Origin: Methanobacteriota archaeon | GTDB taxonomy: Archaea; Thermoplasmatota; Poseidoniia; Poseidoniales; Poseidoniaceae | NCBI GenBank assembly: GCA_002720275.1 | Contig: PBHR01000023.1 | Span: 21,600 to 85,599 of the forward strand | Direction of reading: 5' to 3' | DNA length: 64,000 nucleotides | Shown: positions 47,676 through 55,975 of the stretch, in pieces | How positions within the stretch are numbered: position 1 is the first letter of the stretch | Layout: every line of letters starts with the position of its first letter | The notes under the pieces: model-generated | What the model was told of the DNA's origin: nothing | Seen by the model: the letters and a program-made list of their open reading frames with translations, nothing else | Database searches by the model: none | Translations under genes and position numbers: made by a program

Positions 47676-48629
47676 TTATTCTCTATTTAATAAAAATTGG
47701 CTTGTTCTTGTGACTCCGTGTTTTTTCATTAAATCTTGTACTCGAAGATGAGCTTCTTTACCTAAAGTCCAATATTGGTGACTCCCCCTTCCTTTCGAAT
47801 CATTTCCTGGCCGATGTAACAAAACAGTAGGGCTCCCCTCAGAAGGTGCTTCAGCAATTTTTACTAACCTTTGAATCGCAGTATTAAACACTTGATCTGG
47901 GAAAAAACGAGCAACTTCATCACAAACCATCCGTGAAAGTGTACTTTTTGGTAAGACCATCGTCATAGCAATTCCAAATAATTTTAAATTCGGATTAATT
48001 CTTCTTTGTACTAACTTTATAGTATTCATTAACAAACTCATCCCTTCTAAAGCATAATATTCTGCTTGTACAGGAGTTAAAACCCAATTTGATGCGGCTA
48101 ATGCATTAATTGTCAAAAGACCCAAACTTGGTGGTGTATCTATTATAATGTAATCAAAATCATTAATAATATGCGCAATTCCTTCTTTAAGTCTAGTTTC
48201 TCGACCAATTTTCGTTGATAATTCTATATCCGCGCCAGATAAATGTATATTTGAAGGTAACAAATATAAATTATCTACTTTTAATTTCTCGGGTATTTTT
48301 TCACTTGAATTGGAAATAGCCCAAGCAGTTCGCATTGATTGTGTCAATTCTTCTGGTGAAATAATATAATCATCAATTAATGGTAATTCATCTCCCAGAT
48401 CATTCATCAAAACATCACTTACTGTTTTCTTCAATTTACTTTTATCAACACCAAAACTTGTTGATACATTTCCTTGGGGGTCTAAATCTATTAAAAGCAC
48501 CTTTGATGGTGGAATTCCATATTTTCGATTTCCTTCTGCAAGAACTGTTGCTAAATTTACTGAAGTAGTAGTTTTAGCACAACCTCCTTTTTGATTCGTA
48601 ACTGCAATGACCATCTTATATGGATCCAT
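47676..48629 (-). CDS. parA: ParA/Soj-type partition ATPase (deviant Walker A)
   Basis: Contains VTNQKGGCAKTTTSVNLA, LIDLDPQGN and IIIDTPPSLGLLTINAL...PVQAEYYALEG. It has an internal insertion and a C-terminal extension relative to typical Soj. Confidence 0.9.
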   Translation of the reverse strand: MDPYKMVIAVTNQKGGCAKTTTSVNLATVLAEGNRKYGIPPSKVLLIDLDPQGNVSTSFGVDKSKLKKTVSDVLMNDLGDELPLIDDYIISPEELTQSMRTAWAISNSSEKIPEKLKVDNLYLLPSNIHLSGADIELSTKIGRETRLKEGIAHIINDFDYIIIDTPPSLGLLTINALAASNWVLTPVQAEYYALEGMSLLMNTIKLVQRRINPNLKLFGIAMTMVLPKSTLSRMVCDEVARFFPDQVFNTAIQRLVKIAEAPSEGSPTVLLHRPGNDSKGRGSHQYWTLGKEAHLRVQDLMKKHGVTRTSQFLLNRE

Positions 48630-48656
48630 CTTAGATTCCCCCTCAATGCATAAAAA

Positions 48657-49661
48657 TTATGCTTGAATTACAGGAACTGGTACTTCTGATAAAATTTTAC
48701 GAAGAATATGCATACCAGTAATTCCACGTATTTTTGCTTCGGGTTTCAGTACAATTCTATGTGCTGCCACCTGTAAAGTAATTCCTTTAATGTCATCAGG
48801 AGTAACATAATCTCTTCCTGCAATTGCTGCAGCAGCACGGCCAGTCTTGAAAAGTGATTGGCTAGCACGTGGAGAGGCCCCTGTAATTACACGGTGATCT
48901 TCACGAGTTCTCTGTACTAATTCTACAATGTAAGAAAGTATCGCAGGATCTACATGTACTGTTTCAAGTGCTTTTTGCATTGCAACAACTTTCTTTGGAG
49001 AAGTAACCTGTTCAACATCATGATCATCTTTACCTCTAATTTTTCTACGTGCTAAAATTGCTTTTTCTTCTGCACGTTCTGGATAACCCATACTCATTTT
49101 CATCAAAAATCGATCCATTTGAGCTTCTGGCAGTGGATATGTTCCTTCCTGTTCAATTGGGTTTTGAGTTGCTAAAACTACAAATGGTGCTGGTAATTTG
49201 TGCGTTATTCCTTCAATAGTAACTTGTTTTTCCTCCATCGCTTCTAGTAATGCAGCTTGAGTTTTTGGAGGAGCCCTATTAATTTCGTCAGCCAATAGTA
49301 TATTTGTAAATAAAGGACCTGCCCTTAATTTAAATTCTCCAGATTTTTGATCATACATGTAAGTACCCATAATATCTGAAGGTAATAGATCTGGAGTGAA
49401 TTGTACACGTTTAAACTTACAACCTAATGCTTTGGCAAATGTATTTGAAAGCATAGTTTTACCCAAACCAGGGAAATCTTCCAATAGCATATTACCATTA
49501 GATAAAATTCCGACTGTGACTCTACGTAAATTTTCTTGTTTACCTATGATTACTTTTCCAACTTCATTCATTAACTGATTTGAGATATTACTCACGGTGT
49601 TAATTAATTCTCTAGACCGGGCATCACCACCTGCCGCGGATGCACTAAAACCTGCACTCAT
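48657..49661 (-). CDS. MoxR-family AAA+ ATPase
   Basis: Has Walker A (GLGKT), ADEINRAPPKTQAALLEAMEE, and ATQNPIEQEGTYPLPEAQMDRF. Confidence 0.9.
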   Translation of the reverse strand: MSAGFSASAAGGDARSRELINTVSNISNQLMNEVGKVIIGKQENLRRVTVGILSNGNMLLEDFPGLGKTMLSNTFAKALGCKFKRVQFTPDLLPSDIMGTYMYDQKSGEFKLRAGPLFTNILLADEINRAPPKTQAALLEAMEEKQVTIEGITHKLPAPFVVLATQNPIEQEGTYPLPEAQMDRFLMKMSMGYPERAEEKAILARRKIRGKDDHDVEQVTSPKKVVAMQKALETVHVDPAILSYIVELVQRTREDHRVITGASPRASQSLFKTGRAAAAIAGRDYVTPDDIKGITLQVAAHRIVLKPEAKIRGITGMHILRKILSEVPVPVIQA

Positions 49662-49744
49662 GATACTAACCTAAACACCGTGCTAAGATGTTTATACTTC
49701 AACCTTCGGTATCAATACTTCAACTAAAAATGGGTGGAAAAATA

Positions 49745-51679
49745 TTATCTTCCCCAAAAATGGTCCTTAATTCTATGAATTTCGATTAATTCCTGTAGAA
49801 TTTCATTTTCTGAGGCGCTTAAATCCATTTGTTGTAGTTTTGAAGCATGAGCGCTAGGAATATCGACTAAAAGTATATCCTCTTCATCTACTTGCCTTCC
49901 TATAGTTACTCCTTTAATTGCTAAAGCAACCTCTTCACCATTTTCTGCTATCTTCAAAGTCTCTTCTCCAGTCCTAATAGAACGTATTTGACCTACTCTT
50001 TTACCATCCAATTTTAATAAATTTTGACCAACTTGAATTCTACCTCCCAATACTTTAATTCCCACTACTGCAGGATTATTTCTTCTAAAAACATGATCCT
50101 TTAATAACTTAATTTTACCAGGATGAACTAAATTTTCTCTTTTTGATTCTGCTAATTCTCTTTTTCTAAATTCTAACCATTCTTCAAATTTTTCAATAAT
50201 ATGATAAATCACTTGGCCAGGAATTAACTTGACCTCATTATTTTTTTCCAATACTTCACTAGCTTCCCTACTCACATTTGTATTAAATGATAAAATTGCA
50301 CAATGTAAAGGATTAGAAGATACTTCAGCGGCTCGAATATCTTTTTTCTTTACTTCTCCAATAGTCGCTGAACGTATAGGAATACTAATTTTATCTAATT
50401 CGAATGCTAGTGCCTCTAATCCTCCTAAAGTATCTGATTTAATTACAACTCCCTCTTCTTCCAATTGTACTGAAATTTTTGATTCATTTTTTGCAGATTT
50501 AAATCGTGAAAATGCTTCGGGGCTAATCTCTTGTAAAATTATAGTTCTCTGTTTTTTAATTTCTGAAACTCTGTCCATTTTTCCATCTGCATTGGCTCGA
50601 GCGATGTCCGAAGTTAATTTTTGTACTTTTTGAAGTTTTAATGCTTCATTTTTAGGAAATACTCGCAAAGTTGTTCCAACTAAAACCTGTTCAAAATTTG
50701 GACCGTTTATCTTAATTCCTCCAGCTGCATTAACGGTTTCCACAGAATCCCATCTATCTCCTGCGTCACGCATTTCACTCATACCTCTAGGGGAAAACAT
50801 CCCTTTAATGTGAGACCAAAATGGACCTTCTTGAGACACTAACAATATTTCATCACCTTTTGATAATTGACCTTTATACAAAATTAAGTCCAATGTTTTC
50901 CCTAAACCTTGTTCATCTTTTAATTCAATAATCGTACCTTCTGCATCACCAACAACATCTTTCAATCTATCAACGAGAAATCTTTCTGCTAAACCTACTG
51001 TAATAGCCAATAAATCTTGAATCCCTTCACCTTCCTTAGCAGAGCAAGGTACAGCCGCAATAGTATCCGTAAAATCACTAATTTTTGAATATAAATCAAC
51101 ATTAAACCCATGTTCTGAAAGTTTTCCAACAAGTTCCCAAAACCTTTGTTCAAATAAGCCAAGAGTTTCTTTTGATTGGTTTTTCAATGATTGTGCAGTA
51201 CTTCTATTAAACTTGCATTCCCAACCATGAATCCTATCTACTTTATTTAATGCTAAAACAAAAGGGGTCTTTTGTTGCTTTAAAATACGAATTGATTCCA
51301 AGGTCTGAGGTTGGCACCCCTCCATAATATCAATAACTAAAATAGCAATATCAGCCAAAGCTCCTCCCCTGCTTCTTAATGCTGTAAATGAATGATGGCC
51401 TGGGGTATCAATAAACAATAAACCGGGTGAATCAAACTGTTTACCACCAAGTAATACACCACATACGTCATTAAGAAGTTCTGAAGGAATCTCTGTTGCA
51501 CCAATATGCTGAGTGATTCCACCCGCTTCTCTAGCCATTACAGAAGACTGTGAATCTATTCCTAATGAGCGAATATGGTCTAAAATACTAGTTTTGCCGT
51601 GATCAACATGCCCCAATACCGCAACTATTGGTTGTCTCTGTTTTACCTGATTACCGCTAGTCAAGACTGTAGCCCCCAA
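49745..51679 (-). CDS. infB: translation initiation factor aIF5B (IF2 homologue)
   Basis: Contains VLGHVDHGKTSILD, DTPGH and NKVD GTPase motifs in ~640 aa, and follows ndk as in many archaea. Confidence 0.95.
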   Translation of the reverse strand: MGATVLTSGNQVKQRQPIVAVLGHVDHGKTSILDHIRSLGIDSQSSVMAREAGGITQHIGATEIPSELLNDVCGVLLGGKQFDSPGLLFIDTPGHHSFTALRSRGGALADIAILVIDIMEGCQPQTLESIRILKQQKTPFVLALNKVDRIHGWECKFNRSTAQSLKNQSKETLGLFEQRFWELVGKLSEHGFNVDLYSKISDFTDTIAAVPCSAKEGEGIQDLLAITVGLAERFLVDRLKDVVGDAEGTIIELKDEQGLGKTLDLILYKGQLSKGDEILLVSQEGPFWSHIKGMFSPRGMSEMRDAGDRWDSVETVNAAGGIKINGPNFEQVLVGTTLRVFPKNEALKLQKVQKLTSDIARANADGKMDRVSEIKKQRTIILQEISPEAFSRFKSAKNESKISVQLEEEGVVIKSDTLGGLEALAFELDKISIPIRSATIGEVKKKDIRAAEVSSNPLHCAILSFNTNVSREASEVLEKNNEVKLIPGQVIYHIIEKFEEWLEFRKRELAESKRENLVHPGKIKLLKDHVFRRNNPAVVGIKVLGGRIQVGQNLLKLDGKRVGQIRSIRTGEETLKIAENGEEVALAIKGVTIGRQVDEEDILLVDIPSAHASKLQQMDLSASENEILQELIEIHRIKDHFWGR

Positions 51680-51691
51680 ACTAAGGGGCTA

Positions 51692-52144
51692 TCATCTACT
51701 TTCGTAAACCCATCGCTCACGATGAGGTATCCACTCATTAATTCCATCTGGAAACCACAGCCCTAATTCAAATGCTGCTGTATCTTGACCATCACTTCCA
51801 TGAACTAAATTATATCCCATATCCATTCCTAAATCGCCACGTATTGTTCCAGGAGATGCTTCTCTACCATTTGTAGGCCCGATGATTTTTCTTGCAACAG
51901 AAATTGCATCCTTACCTGACCAAGCCATTGCAACAACTGGAGATGAAGTTACGAATTTTATCAATCCAGGGTAAAATGGCCTTTCTTTATGTACTTCATA
52001 ATGTTTTGAAGCCAATTCTTCTGATGGAGTAAAACTTCTAAGCCCTACTAATCTCAATCCTTTTCTTTCAAAACGTGAGATAATATCTCCAACTAATCCT
52101 CTTTGAACACCGTCAGGCTTAATCATTACAAAAGTTGTCTCCAT
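51692..52144 (-). CDS. ndk: nucleoside diphosphate kinase
   Basis: Contains TFVMIKPDGVQRGLVG and NLVHGSD (active-site His) motifs. Confidence 0.95.
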   Translation of the reverse strand: METTFVMIKPDGVQRGLVGDIISRFERKGLRLVGLRSFTPSEELASKHYEVHKERPFYPGLIKFVTSSPVVAMAWSGKDAISVARKIIGPTNGREASPGTIRGDLGMDMGYNLVHGSDGQDTAAFELGLWFPDGINEWIPHRERWVYESR

Positions 52145-52166
52145 GATCTCACTTCAAATTAAAAAT

Positions 52167-52358
52167 CTATTTAATTCCACCTTTAACATAATGTCGTGTC
52201 CATTTAACCCTTCTAGGGTTTCTATTCAAATTAACCATGTTTTTTCTAGCCTTAGAACTTTTAAACCAAAGTACCGTTCCATCTCTTTTAACAAACATTA
52301 AACCCGTTCCAGGTTCAATCTCTTCTCCTGAGAAATTGCATATTCGGCGTTCAGGAAT
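52167..52358 (-). CDS. rpl24e: 50S ribosomal protein L24e (eL24) with a putative ATT start
   Basis: Not in the ORF track. The minus-strand frame reads (I)[56 protein letters not shown], which matches the L24e pattern. It sits in the expected slot between rps28e and ndk. No ATG/GTG/TTG precedes the conserved Cys, and GGAGGT lies 7 nt upstream of the ATT at 52358. Confidence 0.8.
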   Translation of the reverse strand: MPERRICNFSGEEIEPGTGLMFVKRDGTVLWFKSSKARKNMVNLNRNPRRVKWTRHYVKGGIK

Positions 52359-52359
52359 T

Positions 52360-52581
52360 TTAACGACCTCCTAATTTTCTTGCTTCACGTCCTGTATCCC
52401 TTAACATCAAAATATCACCAATTCTAATTGCTCCAACTACATTCCTTGTAATAATCCTACCAATGTCTCTAGGATTAGGTGCATCATTAACTCTAACTTT
52501 AACTTGAGTTGCTTCTCCAGTCATACCTGTTCTAGCTACAATTTCTACAACTTCTGCTGGCCAACCCAATTCTTCACTCAC
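52360..52581 (-). CDS. rps28e: 30S ribosomal protein S28e
   Basis: [23 protein letters not shown]...[30 protein letters not shown] is typical of S28e. It starts at GTG, with GAGGTG 6 nt upstream. Confidence 0.9.
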   Translation of the reverse strand: MSEELGWPAEVVEIVARTGMTGEATQVKVRVNDAPNPRDIGRIITRNVVGAIRIGDILMLRDTGREARKLGGR

Positions 52582-52591
52582 GAATTACACC

Positions 52592-52999
52592 TCAATTATT
52601 TGCATCTTTGATTTTACTAATTACTTTATCATATTTATCTTGAATAGCTTTTGGTATTTCTAACAAGGCGATGGATGCTGTTTTGACACCTTCAGGTAAA
52701 CCTGATTCTTTACCCAAATATTCTTGGTGTCTAACATACCCAAACGGTATTTCTTTTTCTTCACATATCATTGGTATATGAGCTAATAATTCAGGCGGAT
52801 TTATATCTTCTGCCATTACTATTAGTTTAGCAACGCCTCTTTCTGCAGCTTTAGTAACTTCGTTACTACCCCTACAAATGGCTCCTTCTTTGCAATCTGA
52901 TACCAAATCAAATATTGCGTCTTCTAAATCTTCTGGTGTTTCAAATTTCACATGCACAGTCACTGGATTCACAACCTCTTGGCACTTGCGCCACGACAT
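52592..52999 (-). CDS. rpl7ae: 50S ribosomal protein L7Ae (kink-turn binding)
   Basis: Contains VHVKFETPEDL...GSNEVTKAAERGVAKLIVMAEDINPPELLAHIPMICEEKEIPFGYV. The coordinates give the maximal ORF; the real start may be GTG 52963 (see findings). Confidence 0.9.
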   Translation of the reverse strand: MSWRKCQEVVNPVTVHVKFETPEDLEDAIFDLVSDCKEGAICRGSNEVTKAAERGVAKLIVMAEDINPPELLAHIPMICEEKEIPFGYVRHQEYLGKESGLPEGVKTASIALLEIPKAIQDKYDKVISKIKDANN

Positions 53000-53033
53000 G
53001 ATGGGTATAAACCCAACGCAGGAAAGTCTTTCT

Positions 53034-53963
53034 TCAATTTTCCATTAATTCATCAATTCCACGGCATAAAGCTGATGCTGAAGAAACTACTGATCGTGGA
53101 TTTTTTAGTGAATCTGAAGCAATTATTCCATCAACAAATTTATCTAATTTTGAAATTGCACCGCCTGTAAATAAACCGTGAGAACAAGCAGCAAATACCG
53201 CTTTTGCACCTTGATTCCGCAAAGCCTCACTCGCCCTACAAATTGTTCCACCGGTTGAAATCATATCATCCACAATAGTTACAACTGAATCATTAACATC
53301 CAAATCTTTAGCTTTATGAACAATCGTATGGGCATCAATTCTTGTTTTTTCTAAATATGAAAATTTGCATCCAATAGTTTCTGCCACAAAACTTGCTCTT
53401 TCTATTGCACCCTTATCTGGTGAAAGGATAAAATCAGGTTTAATTTCTGATTGTAAATATGTTGCGATTTCAGACATAGATGAAGCAAAAGACACTGGCA
53501 CAGGTAAATTCTCTAAAACCTCGGGGGCATGTAAATCTAAAACTGTTATACCATCACATTTTGAAGATAATAACATACCAATTGCCCTTGCAGAAACAGC
53601 CTCGCCCTGATTAAATCTTTTATCCTGTCTTGAATAGCCAAAATAAGGTATTGCTAAAAAAATTCCTGGGCCTGTGGGTTCACAATCAACACCTTTACCT
53701 CTGAGATCTTCAAGTTTACCTTGTCTAACATCATTTATTGCTTCTAATAGTAATAAAGTCTCAATAATACAGCTATCAGGAAATGTATTTGAAACTAAAA
53801 TTACTGATGTTGAACGAATTTTTTCTATACTTTTCTCAGGTACTCGAAAATAACCTTCACTGTCTGGAAAACGCCTTGCTTCCAAAGAATGGTGTTCGCA
53901 ACCTAGAATTTGAGCCATGCCTTCTGCAATATGCTTACAACTACTCCCAGAAACTACTAACAA
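53034..53963 (-). CDS. prs: ribose-phosphate pyrophosphokinase (PRPP synthetase)
   Basis: Has YFGYSRQDKRF and the PRPP-binding loop IVDDMISTGGTI. It starts at TTG. Confidence 0.9.
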   Translation of the reverse strand: MLVVSGSSCKHIAEGMAQILGCEHHSLEARRFPDSEGYFRVPEKSIEKIRSTSVILVSNTFPDSCIIETLLLLEAINDVRQGKLEDLRGKGVDCEPTGPGIFLAIPYFGYSRQDKRFNQGEAVSARAIGMLLSSKCDGITVLDLHAPEVLENLPVPVSFASSMSEIATYLQSEIKPDFILSPDKGAIERASFVAETIGCKFSYLEKTRIDAHTIVHKAKDLDVNDSVVTIVDDMISTGGTICRASEALRNQGAKAVFAACSHGLFTGGAISKLDKFVDGIIASDSLKNPRSVVSSASALCRGIDELMEN

Positions 53964-54057
53964 ATTGATTCCCTCAAACCGCCCGAGAGGTATCCCACAC
54001 TTGGAGTTATTTACTAATCAATTTTCATAATTAACATAATTCTTAGACAAATGAGAA

Positions 54058-54132
54058 TGGGCGAGGCAGGATTTGAACCTGCGGCCTCCCGGTTATCAGC
54101 CGGGTGCTCCAGCCAAGCTAAGCTACCCGCCC
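54058..54132 (-). tRNA. tRNA-Ile (anticodon GAU)
   Basis: Folded by hand on the minus strand. The acceptor is GGGCGGG/CTCGCCC, the anticodon stem CCCGG/CCGGG with loop CTGATAA, and the T arm GCAGG-TTCAAAT-CCTGC. It is 75 nt long and CCA is not encoded. Confidence 0.85.
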
Positions 54133-54214
54133 TAGGCAGTTTGCCCTAACATAAACATTTGATAACAATGACGGTAGAATAATTCTAAGAAGGACTTCCA
54201 TTACTCATTGATTA

Positions 54215-54988
54215 ATGGCAAATGGCAAAGATGCATTTTCCTATGCTTTATCTAGATTCATTTTTTCATCAATAGAGTTTTTTAATGAGGAAATAAAATC
54301 TTACTGGGAAAATATAATACCTGACCTTGACAAAATACCCACAGATACAGAAATAAATAATCCTGCTCAGAGGGTTAAACTTGTTTTTGGAAACAAAAAA
54401 TTTTCTTCTGAAGAAAAATCCCCAAAGGTTGTAATAATTAATGAACCTATTTCATTTAAACACACTGCAAAAATAATTCTAGAAGCTTCTTCTGGTGAAG
54501 ATTGTGCAAGACTACTGGCTATATCTCATACTATAGCACAAAGATTTTCCATACCAATTTATCTTATAATTTCAATAGAATGTCTAAATGAAAATTTAAA
54601 TTTTAAACCAGAACATATTCCTTTTCCTCCAAAATATATTATTCGTGAACAATCATGGAAACCAGATGAAATTTATCCAAACCATCCTGCATTAAGTTTC
54701 AAAAGAATAAATTATGGCAGTAATAAAGGACCTAGAGATAAAGCAAAAATATTAATTATTTCTCATGGAAAATATTCTCTATTTGTTAATAATTTAATTA
54801 AAGAATCTAAACATAATATTAGACACCTTGAAATCCAAACATTACGGCCTTTATCAAAAGAAATTCTAAATCAAGCAATGACTTCTGTTCAAAAAACCAT
54901 TTGTATAAACGAAACATATACTTGGATAAAAGAAAATGAATCAATTGATTCTTTATCTTTAAATGATTTAAATAATTTAATCAGTTAA
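54215..54988 (+). CDS. hypothetical protein
   Basis: A clean ORF. The C-terminal segment (ILIISHGKYSLFVNNLI...LEIQTLRPLSKEIL) faintly resembles a transketolase-C/2-oxoacid oxidoreductase domain, but that is insufficient to name it. Confidence 0.45.
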   Translation: MANGKDAFSYALSRFIFSSIEFFNEEIKSYWENIIPDLDKIPTDTEINNPAQRVKLVFGNKKFSSEEKSPKVVIINEPISFKHTAKIILEASSGEDCARLLAISHTIAQRFSIPIYLIISIECLNENLNFKPEHIPFPPKYIIREQSWKPDEIYPNHPALSFKRINYGSNKGPRDKAKILIISHGKYSLFVNNLIKESKHNIRHLEIQTLRPLSKEILNQAMTSVQKTICINETYTWIKENESIDSLSLNDLNNLIS

Positions 54989-54989
54989 A

Positions 54990-55592
54990 TTATTCATCTT
55001 CATCAATAAAGTTAGGATCATTAATTTGAATGTAACTTGGTAATGTTAATAATTTGGTTATTGTTCTTGACAAAACTACTTCATCTAAACTTTCTCTAGT
55101 TTTGGCAAAAGCATTAATTGGAATGTTAATTCTTTCTGGCAAACCAAATTCCCTCCTAATGCTTAGTCTTGTTTCAACAATTACTCCTCTATATGTTCGT
55201 TTTTTCTTTAACAAACCTACGATAACTCCTACTTCATTTCCTTGATTATCTTGAACTGCCCTGTCTTCCATTTCGTCTGGAGCGTATAAATTCTCATCGA
55301 TACGAACTGTGTTTCTCCAACGTCTTTGTAATTCCCTCATAGATTTAGATAATTTCACGGAACCATCATCCATTATACTATGTACTAATTCTTTAGACAA
55401 TGGTGCCATTTCTGCTGGTTTTCTCATAAATTCATCAGCTATATCAGATTCAACCACAATTCTCATAGATCTTACTCTATCAGTATTTGGATGATTTCTC
55501 TCGCCGACAATAACTCCTACTTTGGTATCGCCAACATACACATCTCTTCTCAATAATTCTTGTATTGTATATTCATTTCTCGCCATCTGCAT
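54990..55592 (-). CDS. protein with two PRC-barrel-like domains
   Basis: The pattern recurs twice: ELLRRDVYVGDTKVGVIVGE...MRIVVES and EDRAVQDNQGNEVGVIVGLL...GVIVETR. The start is ATG 55592 or 55586. Confidence 0.55.
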   Translation of the reverse strand: MQMARNEYTIQELLRRDVYVGDTKVGVIVGERNHPNTDRVRSMRIVVESDIADEFMRKPAEMAPLSKELVHSIMDDGSVKLSKSMRELQRRWRNTVRIDENLYAPDEMEDRAVQDNQGNEVGVIVGLLKKKRTYRGVIVETRLSIRREFGLPERINIPINAFAKTRESLDEVVLSRTITKLLTLPSYIQINDPNFIDEDE

Positions 55593-55842
55593 CCCTTTCC
55601 TTTTTCTCCTTAGCGCGGTCTTTAATCAATACAGTATATATACTATACGTAATAATCAATATTTAATTATACAATTAGAATACTTTAGAAAAATAAATGA
55701 TTTCAATTGAAAAATCTAATTTTTTGGCCGATAATAATAGTAAATATAAATTAATTTTGGAAGCCTATTTTTGTGCGATAATAAATAATTTTTCAATTGG
55801 GGTAATCATAAATAATATATGAAAAAAGAATGGTTGATTATT

Positions 55843-55885
55843 TAAATTTTTCAATTGAAAAATTAATTATTCAATTAGTTTTTTA
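55843..55885 (+). promoter_or_regulatory. composite CAATTG element, copy C
   Basis: Sequence is aaatttttCAATTGaaaaATTAATTattCAATTAgttttttaa-type, with boxes at 55852-55857 and 55872-55877 (20-bp spacing). Single or partial boxes also occur at 55672-55677, 55704-55709 and 55794-55799 in the same spacer. Confidence 0.6.
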
Positions 55886-55975
55886 AATAAATAAAGTGCT
55901 ACGAAAAAAGTCAAATCCAAAGAGGGAATTATTGATGTGCATCTTTTTAGTCGGTAGGTTTGCCGAGGGCGTTAT

